A DNA stretch of 64,000 nt from a virus. Positions within the stretch are counted from its first letter, which is position 1. Each line of letters starts with the position of its first letter. The translations under genes were made by a program, and so were the position numbers. The stretch is taken from positions 1-64,000 of IMG/VR virus record IMGVR_UViG_3300018044_000001; one strand, given 5' to 3'. Shown here one piece after another: positions 10,695 through 20,830 of the stretch. The notes below the pieces were generated by a model that ran no database searches, was not told where the DNA came from, and saw only the letters and a program-made list of their open reading frames with translations.

Positions 10695-10858
10695 GAAGGC
10701 ATGACAACAACACAGATGACCAACGGCGAATTGTTCATGGCACTGGCGGACGCCAAGTTCCGCAAGGACGCCGAACAGATCGCTACGCTTTCGGCAGAGT
10801 TCGATGAGCGGCAACCAGTGATGGTCCTGCTGCCTGACGGCATGTTCGGGTTTGAGTC

Positions 10859-11230
10859 ATGAGACAACGTGAAATCACCATCGGCAACGCGTACGAAGCT
10901 AGGGTCAGCGGCAAGGTGACCACCGTGCGCATCCTGCGGAAGGCGCACAGAAAGGGTTGGATCGCCAAGAATGAGGCGACTGGACGCGAGGTGCAGATAC
11001 TGACGGCACAGCGGTTGCGGCCATTGCCAGCGGAGCGACCCTCCGCTAGCAAGCGAGTTCAGGTTTACTACCAGCCAGTGACGAACGACGATCCGCGTCC
11101 GTGCCTGTATCTCGGTCCAGCTGAAGGATATAGCGAGGTTGACGGTCAGGTCATGATCCGTGACCAGTACGGCGAGTTTCGTACCAGCATCAACTACCTC
11201 TACCTGGGAGCGACATGCAATGGATTTTGA
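10859..11230 (+). CDS. hypothetical protein
   Basis: ORF track; ATGA coupling. Confidence 0.6.
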   Translation: MRQREITIGNAYEARVSGKVTTVRILRKAHRKGWIAKNEATGREVQILTAQRLRPLPAERPSASKRVQVYYQPVTNDDPRPCLYLGPAEGYSEVDGQVMIRDQYGEFRTSINYLYLGATCNGF

Positions 11231-11759
11231 AGCCGAACTAGACGCATTCTACGTGGCCAACTACAACGAAACCGACCGCGAGTATTGGGGTGTCTCGGAT
11301 CGCTGGGCAGAGGACAACGGCGATGAAGACTAGACCCCTGATGGTGTGCGGTCACGCAGCCAACGCAGTGAACGGCAACGGCGATCCGTCGTGTGCCATC
11401 TGTTGTACTAGCGAGATCGACGACCGCATGTTGTCTCGTGAGGGCAGGATGGCGAAGTGCTCGTACTCGCACATGCGAGACGGCACGGTGCATCCCGACT
11501 CGTTGCGACCGTCGTCTGATCCCGGACTGGCGTTCTTTGAGTACCGGGGACCGGGGTCAGCCTACGCTATGGGCACGTGCAAGCACTGCCACTACAACAT
11601 CGTCGCACACGACCCCACGGTGCCACATATGGCACGCATAGAAGGTGGGGGCAGGACGAGGTACGAGAACTTCATGAGGCAACACGGACAACACGAGTTC
11701 GAACCGATCGGTCCGGCAGAGTACGATCTGTACTACTGCGGCTGTTGGGGGTGGAACTG

Positions 11760-12119
11760 ATGACCGACATCAATCGCTACGTGAAGTGGGTCGACAGGAT
11801 CGGCTTTGTCGAGGACGAGGACAGAATCGACCAGTCGTTAGTCGTGGCATGGGTGTACCAACCGAACGACGACCCAGAGCCGCCACACGTGTGGACGACT
11901 TGGTTTCACTCGCGTGCTGGCAGTAACCTCATTGGTCCGTACATTGACGAGCTTGAGTTTCTGGACGAGAACGAGAGTGCTGTCAAGGCTCGGGTCTATG
12001 ACCAGATCGAACGGTACGGCGGCTACATGGATCACGAGTGGGAGCACAGTAACAGCGTGCTGGCGTTTGAGCAGGATGCATGGCTGGAAGGTGCGTACGA
12101 GGAGAGGTACGATGTCTGA
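11760..12119 (+). CDS. hypothetical protein
   Basis: TGATG coupling; acidic C-terminus. Confidence 0.55.
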   Translation: MTDINRYVKWVDRIGFVEDEDRIDQSLVVAWVYQPNDDPEPPHVWTTWFHSRAGSNLIGPYIDELEFLDENESAVKARVYDQIERYGGYMDHEWEHSNSVLAFEQDAWLEGAYEERYDV

Positions 12120-12241
12120 AAATTTTCGCTGCCCCGCATGCGGTAGTCAAGATTGTCGGTCGCGTGGCTATGACGAAGGATCACATGAACATTTAGTCGA
12201 GTGTCAAGCGTGTGGTCAGATGGGCGATCGGAGTGATTTTC

Positions 12242-12658
12242 GTGTCTGAAAGGATCAACTTTCAACACCCGTCACGCTACGGCGTTGGCGATGTGGTGTA
12301 CGGGCTGAGTATCAGCCCACACAAATATTGGCAGTTGTGTCATGTGTGCCACGGGACAAGCCGCGTGTACGTTGCTGGTCATCCTGAACTACATACTTAC
12401 TGTCCATTCAAAGGCTGCTCAGGCGGCAAAGTCTGGCTTGAGGACATGGGTTCATACTACGAGATCCGAGAACTCACGATTGGCCAGGTGCGCGTTGTGG
12501 TTGGCTACGGCGCTCAAGTGACATACATGTGCGAAGAGACGGGCGTCGGTAGCGGACAGGTGTGGCACGAGGAAAAATTGTATCCGTCGTACACGGAGGC
12601 AGAGGCGTCTGCTCGTGAACAGGGTGCTGTACTGCGAGAGGAGTTGTTGGTCCCATGA
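12242..12658 (+). CDS. CxxCxG zinc-finger protein, paralog of the 19482-20075 C-terminus
   Basis: CHVCHGT..CPFKGCSGGKV..YMCEETGVGSGQVW. Confidence 0.7.
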   Translation: MSERINFQHPSRYGVGDVVYGLSISPHKYWQLCHVCHGTSRVYVAGHPELHTYCPFKGCSGGKVWLEDMGSYYEIRELTIGQVRVVVGYGAQVTYMCEETGVGSGQVWHEEKLYPSYTEAEASAREQGAVLREELLVP

Positions 12659-12859
12659 CCGACTTTCTACCGACCACACCGAGACTGCGACTGAAGTATC
12701 GGTTTCGGTTGCCATATAAGCACACTCGCGCTGATTATGCGGGCCACTCTGGCAAGGCTCACCACAACAAGCTTAATCAGGCAGCAAAAGATCGACTACC
12801 ACCACAGCCACTCAAGGCAATGGTCTATTCCAATCGCAAGTATCGGATGGTGACGATCC

Positions 12860-13264
12860 ATGACTGAAAATCCAGACTTTCCACAACCCGAGCGATGTCG
12901 ACGCTGTAGCAAGTTAGGCATGCGCTGGCGTGCCGCCACGCACATTAGCAAGCAATGGGGTCCGCTCTGTCGCGAGTGCTACGCGTACAGCAAAACGCTT
13001 GCTGGCGCGTCAGAATACCTGCGGGTTGCCTTGGACGATTTCTGGATGGCGGTTAAAACGCAGCGGTGGGAACCGACCGGCACGCGTGTGTGGCAGTGGT
13101 TGGCCGTGTACTCACCTGCGTGGTGGGACGATGCATGGTATCATCTATTTGATTGGTGGGACCGAACCGTTTACGGGGAAGAGTTTTTACAGCGCATCTG
13201 TAGGCGTTGCGGCGAAAAACGCTACAACCACCAACACGGACGATTTGGAGAATGCAATGTCTGA
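12860..13264 (+). CDS. hypothetical Cys-rich protein (MTENPDF start)
   Basis: ORF between sites 12866 and 13263. Confidence 0.55.
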   Translation: MTENPDFPQPERCRRCSKLGMRWRAATHISKQWGPLCRECYAYSKTLAGASEYLRVALDDFWMAVKTQRWEPTGTRVWQWLAVYSPAWWDDAWYHLFDWWDRTVYGEEFLQRICRRCGEKRYNHQHGRFGECNV

Positions 13265-13648
13265 AAGCACGAGCTTTCTGCAACACGGCGAGGGAGATGG
13301 CACGATGGCCGATGCTGAATGGCGTGAGGTGGCCCAGATCTTAGATAAAGAACTGACCAAGGCGCTCGACATGCTAGAGGTAGAGCATCCATCACACCTT
13401 CCTTCGGCCTTTTGCGGGGTGTGCAATTTTCTACATAAGTCGGGAAGATAGACCGATGAAACCCGTCATACGATACGCTGTCTACAACGATGACACAAAG
13501 GCTGACGAACTTGTTTTAGAGGACGCGTTGACTCCTGACTCGTTTACTAACCTCAAGCAAGCGCGACGGGAGGCAGCTCAGCATTATCGAGATCACGGAG
13601 TTAAATGTCGAGTTTTCAAGTGTGTCGTGTCGATGGAGGTGACCCCAC

Positions 13649-13903
13649 TTGACTGAAAGGCTGAACTTTCTCGCTCGTGTTCTTGAGTGGGTGATCAAGA
13701 ACGACAACAGTAAAGCTACTGCAATCGTCTCGGTTACGACAGATGCCGAGGACTGGGCGGGCAGCACCGAGGGCGGGTTTTATAGCACGTTCGGTGTTGA
13801 GATTACCTATCTCGTGGGCGACGTTCAACGTCGTACGTCAGCTCGCGGCTATGACATGGAGTCGTTGTGGCACTGGGTTGTAGGGGGTGCGTACGGTGAG
13901 TAA
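13649..13903 (+). CDS. hypothetical protein (MTERLNF start)
   Basis: GGAGG RBS; coupled. Confidence 0.55.
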   Translation: MTERLNFLARVLEWVIKNDNSKATAIVSVTTDAEDWAGSTEGGFYSTFGVEITYLVGDVQRRTSARGYDMESLWHWVVGGAYGE

Positions 13904-14511
13904 CACGCTTTATTGGCGGCCACTAAATCCGCCCCCGCCAGATCATGCGCTAGATCAACTCAAATATGTCATCAGTCAGTCGTTGTGGGGACACGACGGA
14001 TCACTACGCGGTGACCCGCTTCCGCTTGATAGATCGTTCATTGCGTATTTGCGGGGCATTGCTGACGCAGGTAGTGCTACCGTGAAAGAAGAGGCCGAAG
14101 AGTTGATTGATGCGATCCGACAATACGGCGTCGTGGAGGTGTATCTGTGTGGTTGAAAGCCCAAACTTTCTGCGGCGTCGGTTCCACAGGCATCGTTGGG
14201 TTGGACCTCGTTGGCATGTTGCGCCAGGATCGGTAATCCCGATTTACGAATACTGGCAAACGTGTGAACGTTGTGGTTTACACCGAGAGCAGATCAACAG
14301 GATGGGTCCGTTCATCAGCGATCGAGACCGGTGGGTGGAATGGTAGAAAGGCTCGACTTTCAACAAACGCCAGAGGTCATCGCCGTTGGTATCGTGTCCA
14401 GCGAAGACTTCATGTGGCTCATGTGCGGCGGTGATGATCAGTGGATTGGTTCACATCTGCGCGCACTCAAGCCAGCGTGGGACGCGTACGTGGCTGCAGG
14501 AGGTAAGACAT

Positions 14512-14823
14512 ATGGACGATGACTACGAGGACGAACCACTAGAGTGCTTCGATCCCGAATCGCACTGTCCGCGGTGTAGCATCGACGGTTACACATGCGT
14601 CCATCACGGCGTTGGTAGCTGGTGCGACCGTGACCCTGAATACGTCGTGAACGTCATCGCTCAGTATTTCAAAGACCGACAGACGGATTACGTCGGTATC
14701 ATTTGGGAGGCGGTCGCCAATAACGTTATGCGGGCACTTGGTTGGCACAATGGCGAACGGGTCACGATTGACGAGATGGGCCGCGTTGTCCACAACTCAA
14801 AAGATTTTGGCGAAAACGGTTGA
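14512..14823 (+). CDS. hypothetical protein
   Basis: AGGAGGT RBS; ORF track. Confidence 0.55.
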   Translation: MDDDYEDEPLECFDPESHCPRCSIDGYTCVHHGVGSWCDRDPEYVVNVIAQYFKDRQTDYVGIIWEAVANNVMRALGWHNGERVTIDEMGRVVHNSKDFGENG

Positions 14824-14848
14824 CAACGGTTGGAGGTGGTGCTAAGGT
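14820..14848 (+). promoter_or_regulatory. sigma70-type promoter for the Y RNA/Ro60 operon
   Basis: TTGACA-17 bp-TAAGGT with extended -10 TG. Confidence 0.75.
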
Positions 14849-14855
14849 ACTAATC

Positions 14856-14925
14856 GTGCAGTAGTGATGGTGCGGTTACTTCTTTCCTTTTAAGAAAAAA
14901 ACACCGTGCCGAGTATGCTCTGCAC
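14856..14925 (+). ncRNA. Y-RNA-like small RNA 1 (minimal)
   Basis: GTGCAG/CTGCAC and GGTGCGGT/ACCGTGCC stems, TACTTC motif shared with RNAs 2 and 3; upstream of Ro60. Confidence 0.6.
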
Positions 14926-14933
14926 ACCGTTCG

Positions 14934-15025
14934 TGGAAGGGCAGTGAGAGTGACAGGTACTTCACATACAACCATTGCATGTATTGCCTTCGGGCAGTCT
15001 CCTGTCGCGATTGTTCTCCCTTCCA
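14934..15025 (+). ncRNA. Y-RNA-like small RNA 2
   Basis: TGGAAGGG/CCCTTCCA, GCAGTGAGAG..GATTGTTCT, GTGACAGG/CCTGTCGC stems, TACTTC, UUCG hairpin. Confidence 0.75.
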
Positions 15026-15031
15026 ACATCT

Positions 15032-15172
15032 TGAAGGGGCAGTGAGAGTAACGGCTACTTCCAATGCTAATGGAGAGGCATGGGTTCGAATCCCATCAGG
15101 CGTTGGCTTGCCAAGGCTTGTAGCTCAGCGGCAGAGCGCTAAAACTATCCGTTGCGATTGTTCTCCCCTTCA
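15032..15172 (+). ncRNA. YrlA-type Y RNA with permuted tRNA-like domain
   Basis: same Ro-binding scaffold as RNA 2; T-arm ATGGG-TTCGAAT-CCCAT precedes a loop-closed acceptor stem and D-arm GCTC-AGCGGCA-GAGC. Confidence 0.85.
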
Positions 15173-15190
15173 TCTATCGAAGGAGCAGCA

Positions 15191-16813
15191 ATGAGTAAGG
15201 TGAATCCAACAAAGCCAGCGGGTACCCCGGCCGATCACCTGAACTACATGGCTGGCCCTAGCTGGGATATCTCAGATCCCATCGCACGACTGCGCATGGT
15301 CGCGTCCTCGTGCTTCTTCGGCGAACCTCAGTATTACGTTGAGGCATCAAGCGAAGAGAAGAAGGGCCGTCGTCGTCCAACGATGTGGAACCGGCCTGAT
15401 GGCGAGTACCATCTGTCGCCCGCCATCATTAGGCACCTTGATGACATGCTCAACCGGATGGACCCACAGGAATGGCGTGGACTGGGTGCCAAGGAACGCA
15501 TGGAGGCAGCGATTGATGCTGCACTAGCCCATGACGTGGAGGCAACGCTACAAGTTGCCGTTGACTTGCGGCTGGCAGATCATATCCGCACCACGCCGCA
15601 AGTCATCTTGGTGCGTGCCGCCAACTATGAACCAGCCAAGGGTACGGGGCTGATCCGCAAGTACGCACCATCGATCATTCAGCGTACTGACGAACCTGCC
15701 GTACAGTTGGCGTATCAACTTGCGACCTACGGCAAGCCCCTGCCGAACTCACTTAAGAAGGCATGGCGTTCGTATCTGGCCGGTCAGTCGTCGTACTCGC
15801 TCGCCAAGTATCGCATGGAATCACGTGCGGTCAAGACAGTGGATGTTGTGAACCTGACCCACCCGGCAGGCAACTACATCAACCAACTAGTGCGCGGCGA
15901 GCTGGAAACGCCGAGCACGTGGGAGACCAAGGTGTCCGGCGCTGGGTCGACGCCCGAAGTATGGGCCGAGGCTTTTGACAGCATGGGGCACATGGCGCTG
16001 CTGCGTAACCTGCGCAACCTGATCAACAAGTCCTCTGTGGACCAGTACGACATCGCCACCAAGTTGTTCGCTGGTGCGGTGACGGGTCAGCAACTACCCT
16101 TCCGCTACTGGTCTGCGTACCAGGCAGTGAAGGGCGACAAGATCAAGCCGGTGCTGATGGAAAGCATCGAGGACAGCCTACGCAAATCGTGCGAGGCTCT
16201 GGCGTTTCCTGGTCGCGTGATGAGTTTGTGCGACAACTCAGGATCAGCGTGGGGTGCGTTGACCTCTGAATGGGGCACCGTGCATGTTGCCGAGATTGCC
16301 AACCTGACCGCTGTACTCACGGCATTCGCATCAGAGCACGGCGAGGTCGGCGTCTTCGGTGACACACTGTCTACGTTCACAGTGTCGCATCGTTCGTCCG
16401 TGTTTGACGCCGTAGAGAAAGCGAACAAGCTGGGACACGGCGTTGGCGGTGGTACCGAGCACGGTATCTGGCTGTTCTGGGACAAGGCGATCAAAGAGAA
16501 CATCCACTACGATGCGGTGTTCGTCTACTCAGACATGCAGGCTGGTCATGGTGGGCTGTACGGCAACTGCGGATATGACGCGTATGTCTGGCCTGGAGAT
16601 CCTAGATACCGTCGCTATATCGACGTGCCTAAGTTGATTAACACCTACCGCAGCAAGGTCAATCCCAACGTGGAGGTGTTTTTGGTGCAGGTCGCTGGTT
16701 ATCACGATACGATCGTGCCCGAGCACTACAATCACACGCACATTCTTGGCGGATGGTCTGAGGGCATTCTGCAGTACGCCCAGCGAGTCCTGAAACCGCT
16801 GCCACCTCAGTAG
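15191..16813 (+). CDS. Ro60/Rsr TROVE-domain RNA-binding protein with vWA domain
   Basis: YSLAKY, TWET, MALLRNLRNL, QLPFRYWSAY, DNSGS MIDAS-like motif, GGWSEGILQY; AGGAG RBS. Confidence 0.93.
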   Translation: MSKVNPTKPAGTPADHLNYMAGPSWDISDPIARLRMVASSCFFGEPQYYVEASSEEKKGRRRPTMWNRPDGEYHLSPAIIRHLDDMLNRMDPQEWRGLGAKERMEAAIDAALAHDVEATLQVAVDLRLADHIRTTPQVILVRAANYEPAKGTGLIRKYAPSIIQRTDEPAVQLAYQLATYGKPLPNSLKKAWRSYLAGQSSYSLAKYRMESRAVKTVDVVNLTHPAGNYINQLVRGELETPSTWETKVSGAGSTPEVWAEAFDSMGHMALLRNLRNLINKSSVDQYDIATKLFAGAVTGQQLPFRYWSAYQAVKGDKIKPVLMESIEDSLRKSCEALAFPGRVMSLCDNSGSAWGALTSEWGTVHVAEIANLTAVLTAFASEHGEVGVFGDTLSTFTVSHRSSVFDAVEKANKLGHGVGGGTEHGIWLFWDKAIKENIHYDAVFVYSDMQAGHGGLYGNCGYDAYVWPGDPRYRRYIDVPKLINTYRSKVNPNVEVFLVQVAGYHDTIVPEHYNHTHILGGWSEGILQYAQRVLKPLPPQ

Positions 16814-16819
16814 TAAATC

Positions 16820-17476
16820 ATGAAATGGCTGAGTGCAGACACCCATTTTTCCCACGCAAACATCATCGCCTATTGCGATCGTCCCTACGCGTCCGTATCC
16901 GAGATGGACAACGACCTCGTGCAACGATGGAACGAAGTCGTTGCGCCCGACGATGAGGTGTGGGTGCTCGGTGATGTCGCACTAGGCCGACTTGACGATT
17001 CACTCGCGTACGTCGCGTACCTGAATGGCGCCAAGCATCTCGTACCTGGCAACCATGATCGTATGTTCAAATGCAACGGAACCAAGTGGGCAAACGCAAC
17101 GCAGCGGTATGTCGACGCTGGGTTCGCTGACGTGCTGGACGATGAGATTGTGCTTGATTACTTTCTACCGCAACAGTACGTGACTGCCTGTCACTTCCCG
17201 TTCGCCGGTGAGGCACGCGACGGATGGGAGGATCGGTTTGTAGATCATCGTCCGATCAATAAGGGGCAGTGGCTCCTACACGGGCACACGCACGGCAAGT
17301 GGCGTCGCAACGGTCGCATGATCGATGTCGGTGTTGACGCGTGGGGTGGGTACCCCGTGAGCTTCGAGACGGTAGCGGCGCTGTTCGGTGCTGACGAGGA
17401 TCAGGTCGCGGCTGTGCCGTGGGTGCATGAGAGTCACAACCGTACCCAAAATGCCACGGTTTTGACACTCTCGTAG
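16820..17476 (+). CDS. calcineurin-like metallophosphoesterase
   Basis: ADTHFSH, LGD, GNHD, CHFP, LHGHTH, DVGVD motifs. Confidence 0.92.
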   Translation: MKWLSADTHFSHANIIAYCDRPYASVSEMDNDLVQRWNEVVAPDDEVWVLGDVALGRLDDSLAYVAYLNGAKHLVPGNHDRMFKCNGTKWANATQRYVDAGFADVLDDEIVLDYFLPQQYVTACHFPFAGEARDGWEDRFVDHRPINKGQWLLHGHTHGKWRRNGRMIDVGVDAWGGYPVSFETVAALFGADEDQVAAVPWVHESHNRTQNATVLTLS

Positions 17477-17609
17477 TTCACGATGTCCGCTTATTCATAC
17501 ACGTGGTGAATTATGCCCAATGTGTGAATAAACGGACATTGCGGAATGTGATGTTATCCTGACACACGAAGCGGTAGTCAAACGACACACAAAACGGTAG
17601 CGTAGAGAC

Positions 17610-17661
17610 AAAAATGCCTCCGCTCCCAACCCTCGTGCGAGTGAGGGTCAGGAACGGAGGC
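17610..17661 (-). terminator. probable intrinsic terminator
   Basis: GCCTCCG..CGGAGGC long hairpin followed by TTTT on the minus strand. Confidence 0.5.
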
Positions 17662-17756
17662 TGTGCAGGGGAGCGGCGAGGGAGTGCTACGACCCTGCAC
17701 TTAGCGTCTCGGGGAGGCGCGGAGCACGGACCGCGCAGATCGGACCCGAGACGGAT

Positions 17757-17993
17757 CTATTTCCTTTTCAGGATGCTGACCTTTGGTATGACAATCAAAC
17801 CGCCCACCTCGCCGTGGGATGAGCAGCTACTGGCGATCGAGATGTGTTCGTCGGACTCGCCAATGAGGTAGCCGCACGAGGTCACCCGTGTCGGTCGCAC
17901 CTTTTTGACTTCCTTGATATCGCGCCAAGCGTCCAGTGGTGCGCAACTGTCAATCCATGCGACGGTGACACGCCTGAGCTTGCGCTTGCTCAC
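17757..17993 (-). CDS. hypothetical protein
   Basis: VAWIDS..GYLI..IPK pattern; overlaps exonuclease stop. Confidence 0.6.
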   Translation of the reverse strand: MSKRKLRRVTVAWIDSCAPLDAWRDIKEVKKVRPTRVTSCGYLIGESDEHISIASSCSSHGEVGGLIVIPKVSILKRK

Positions 17994-18748
17994 ACGACCA
18001 CGCTCGTAATCTCAGCACCGTAGTCACGATGCGTTGACCGGCAGTATCGTCCACAGTCCATGCAACACCATTGCTGGTACTTGCTCAGTGCCGTGTATGC
18101 GTACCCCCTGCGCATGAGCTTGTCACTACCGCACGACGGGCAGACAGTGCGACCAAGGTAGGCGGCGTAGCTCGGGTGCGCAATGATCCACGGTTGGAGC
18201 AGGTGATATAGCTCAGCCAGCAGCGTCACGTCGCGCTTGTTGTACTTCTCCATTCGTTTCCACGCGTCAGGATCGCCAGCCAGACACTTGGTCCACAACG
18301 GGAATCCCTCGTGTTCAACCTTGCCCTTGAGTCCCAACGCCTCGCTGATGTGTGCCAGCTTGTTGCTAGGAAACCGAAATTGCTTTCTGGCCGTGACGAG
18401 TAAATCGATCTGACGGTACGGCGACGGCGGCGTGAATCCCTCTAGGAGCAGTTCCCGATTTATGTATGGCAGGTCGAAGGCAGCAGAGTTGTAGCCCATG
18501 ACGATATCGGCTTCATCTAGCAGCCGGTGTGCCTGCGACACCATCTCGTGCCGCTGGCTACCGTCCAGCCCGATCGAGTAGAACTGTGTCTTGCGCTTGC
18601 CACCCAACCACCTTGCGGCGAAACAGATCATGCGCGACGTGTCAACGATCTGGTTCGTTGCAACATTCTGCTTCCACAACCCCCACGTCCAGACTAGGTT
18701 CGGTGATGTCTCGATGTCGATCAGAAGTATCTTGGGTGCATCAGCCAT
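17990..18748 (-). CDS. DnaQ/RNase H-like 3'-5' exonuclease with C-terminal zinc ribbon
   Basis: IDIETSP, YNSAAFDLP, YNKRDV, CPSCGS..CMDCG. Confidence 0.88.
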   Translation of the reverse strand: MADAPKILLIDIETSPNLVWTWGLWKQNVATNQIVDTSRMICFAARWLGGKRKTQFYSIGLDGSQRHEMVSQAHRLLDEADIVMGYNSAAFDLPYINRELLLEGFTPPSPYRQIDLLVTARKQFRFPSNKLAHISEALGLKGKVEHEGFPLWTKCLAGDPDAWKRMEKYNKRDVTLLAELYHLLQPWIIAHPSYAAYLGRTVCPSCGSDKLMRRGYAYTALSKYQQWCCMDCGRYCRSTHRDYGAEITSVVV

Positions 18749-18856
18749 CTCTGCCAAGGCTCTCGGTATCCCTTCGTCGGCGGATGGGCACGCTAAACTA
18801 CGCACTTGTAACTCTACCGTGTTGTCGCTGCTCGTGTCAACCGCACAAGATGGGTG

Positions 18857-18885
18857 TTGACAACGGCAGCGGACGGGTGTAAGGT
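18857..18885 (+). promoter_or_regulatory. sigma70-type promoter, leaderless transcript
   Basis: TTGACA-17 bp-TAAGGT, ATG at 18892 without RBS. Confidence 0.7.
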
Positions 18886-18891
18886 TCAGGC

Positions 18892-19098
18892 ATGACAACC
18901 AACGTGAAGCACCCAGAGATTAAGGTCAAGCTTGTCGGCACGGACGGCAACGCGTTTGCCGTGCTCGGCAAGATCAGCGCAGCACTCAAGAAGGCTGGCG
19001 TTTCCAAAGAGGAGCGCGACGAGTTTTTCGGCGAGGCCATGAGCGGTGACTACAACCACCTGCTCGGCACGGCGATGCGGTGGGTGAACGTGTCATGA
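18892..19098 (+). CDS. small phage protein
   Basis: LVGTDGNAFAVLG..AMSGDYNHLL pattern. Confidence 0.75.
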   Translation: MTTNVKHPEIKVKLVGTDGNAFAVLGKISAALKKAGVSKEERDEFFGEAMSGDYNHLLGTAMRWVNVS

Positions 19099-19481
19099 CC
19101 ACCAACGAGATTGACCGCATTATCAATGACACCACGACCAGCATCTTGGCCCGTCGCCGCGAGTTCGGGCTGCCACTACCGTGCCCGAGCTTCGAGGAGT
19201 ACGAGAAGCGTCGCGCGGTCAACATGCAACACTTCGTAGTTCCCGTCGCGGTCGAAGTCGATGGGGTCTACCTGTGACCGGCATATTCCGTGATCGTCCT
19301 GCCGACGACGACCTTACCCTTCGCACGCTCGCTGCAATGTACGACTACTCGCTACCGTACAGGCAGGCGGTTGCGCGTGCGCAGGAGCGGCACGTCGACT
19401 ACTGCGATGACGAAGACTGTCAAGACGACAACCACGCCGCTGCGTTTGCACGGCTAGAGGATGATATCGCGGAAATGTACC

Positions 19482-20075
19482 ATGACTAACGCCGAGCCGT
19501 TCTACATGGAGTTTACCGAGTTCCCTGGTGGCCCAGAGGGACCATTCATCGACTCGATACCTCTGTCAGAAAGCAACAGGTGTACGTGGGAACTGAATCC
19601 GTACGGTGGCAACTGGGAAATCAACGGCGAGGGCTGGTGGCGTATCGGACCGTTCGCATGGGCAAACGACCACACGCACCCGTCACGCTACACCGTAGGC
19701 GACGTGGTGTACGGGCTGACCGTCCGACCACACAGGTATTGGAAGGTCTGCGACGTGTGCAACGGTACGGCCCGCGTCAAGATCGCCGATCATCCAGAGT
19801 TGAGTACCTACTGTCCTGTCAAGAACTGCACGGGCGGCAAGGTCTGGCTAGAGGACATGGGGTCATACTACGAGATTTCATACCTCACGGTCGGTCAGGT
19901 GCGCGTTGTGGTTGGCTACGGCGCTGAAGTGACGTACATGTGCGAAGAGACGGGCGTAGGTAGCGGGCAGGTCTGGCACGAGGGAAGACTGTACCCGTCA
20001 TACACGGCAGCAGAAGTGGCAGCACGCGAGCAGGGTGCCGTGCTACGAGAGGAACTGTTGGTTCCCAATGTCTGA
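19482..20075 (+). CDS. two-part protein; C-terminal half paralogous to 12242-12658
   Basis: HPSRYTVGDVVYGL..EELLVP nearly identical to the 12242 ORF. Confidence 0.7.
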   Translation: MTNAEPFYMEFTEFPGGPEGPFIDSIPLSESNRCTWELNPYGGNWEINGEGWWRIGPFAWANDHTHPSRYTVGDVVYGLTVRPHRYWKVCDVCNGTARVKIADHPELSTYCPVKNCTGGKVWLEDMGSYYEISYLTVGQVRVVVGYGAEVTYMCEETGVGSGQVWHEGRLYPSYTAAEVAAREQGAVLREELLVPNV

Positions 20076-20292
20076 AAGCGCGAACTTTCAACCAAAAGGA
20101 GCAAGTGATGACCAAGGGTGATACACCCGAACGCAAGGCGCAGTAGCGCAATCTGCGTGACCGTTCACGTCGGGCATACAAGAAGGACCGAGCGATTCGG
20201 AAGTTTCAGCGTCAGTTGGCAGCAACGGGAACCGTTCTCACACCTAGTGCCATTCAAAAGGAACTTCGGCGCATTGAGGATGAGATATCAGC

Positions 20293-20577
20293 ATGACCGA
20301 AAGCACACACTTTCGTCGCGTCCTAGACCTCGTAGACCAAGACGTTTCTGGCCGCGTCGCACAAGTCCGCACGCACTACAACTGGTCCGACTGGCAACCA
20401 ATGTGGCGCGTGCTCAAGTCCGTCGCGATCGGCAAGAACGACATGGTGTACCTGTGGTGGATACCCGAACATGACACGGGTAGTTTTGACTGCGGGTACA
20501 GTGGGCGCGGCATCGAACTCGCGAACGATTGGGAGATTGAGATGGAGGACACCAGTGGTCAAGTTCACGACGCCTAA
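20293..20577 (+). CDS. hypothetical protein (MTESTHF start)
   Basis: ORF track; start overlaps site 20299. Confidence 0.55.
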   Translation: MTESTHFRRVLDLVDQDVSGRVAQVRTHYNWSDWQPMWRVLKSVAIGKNDMVYLWWIPEHDTGSFDCGYSGRGIELANDWEIEMEDTSGQVHDA

Positions 20578-20830
20578 TGGCGAGGTTTGGCTGGACGTTC
20601 ATTCGCGGTCCGCCTGTCGCGGTCGTCACTGCGTGATCCACAATCCGAGCGATCACAACATGCGCGACTGGCCCATGCACCTGCGCGAGACGGGACTAGT
20701 GGAACGTATCTGCGAGCACGGCGTTGGTCATCCTGACCCAGACTCGGCAGCGTACTTCGATGAGTATGGTCCGATCGGATCACGCGGGGCGTGGGGCGTA
20801 CACGGGTGCGACGGGTGCTGTCATGTCTAG
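20555..20830 (+). CDS. His/Cys-rich phage hypothetical protein
   Basis: CVIHNPSDH..ERICEHGVGHPDPD..HGCDGCC. Confidence 0.7.
   Translation: MVKFTTPNGEVWLDVHSRSACRGRHCVIHNPSDHNMRDWPMHLRETGLVERICEHGVGHPDPDSAAYFDEYGPIGSRGAWGVHGCDGCCHV

Noticed and set aside
15060-15145. A conventional tRNA upstream of Ro60
   Set aside because: T-arm precedes D-arm and the acceptor stem is loop-closed, so it is a Y RNA tRNA-mimic domain and not a tRNA.
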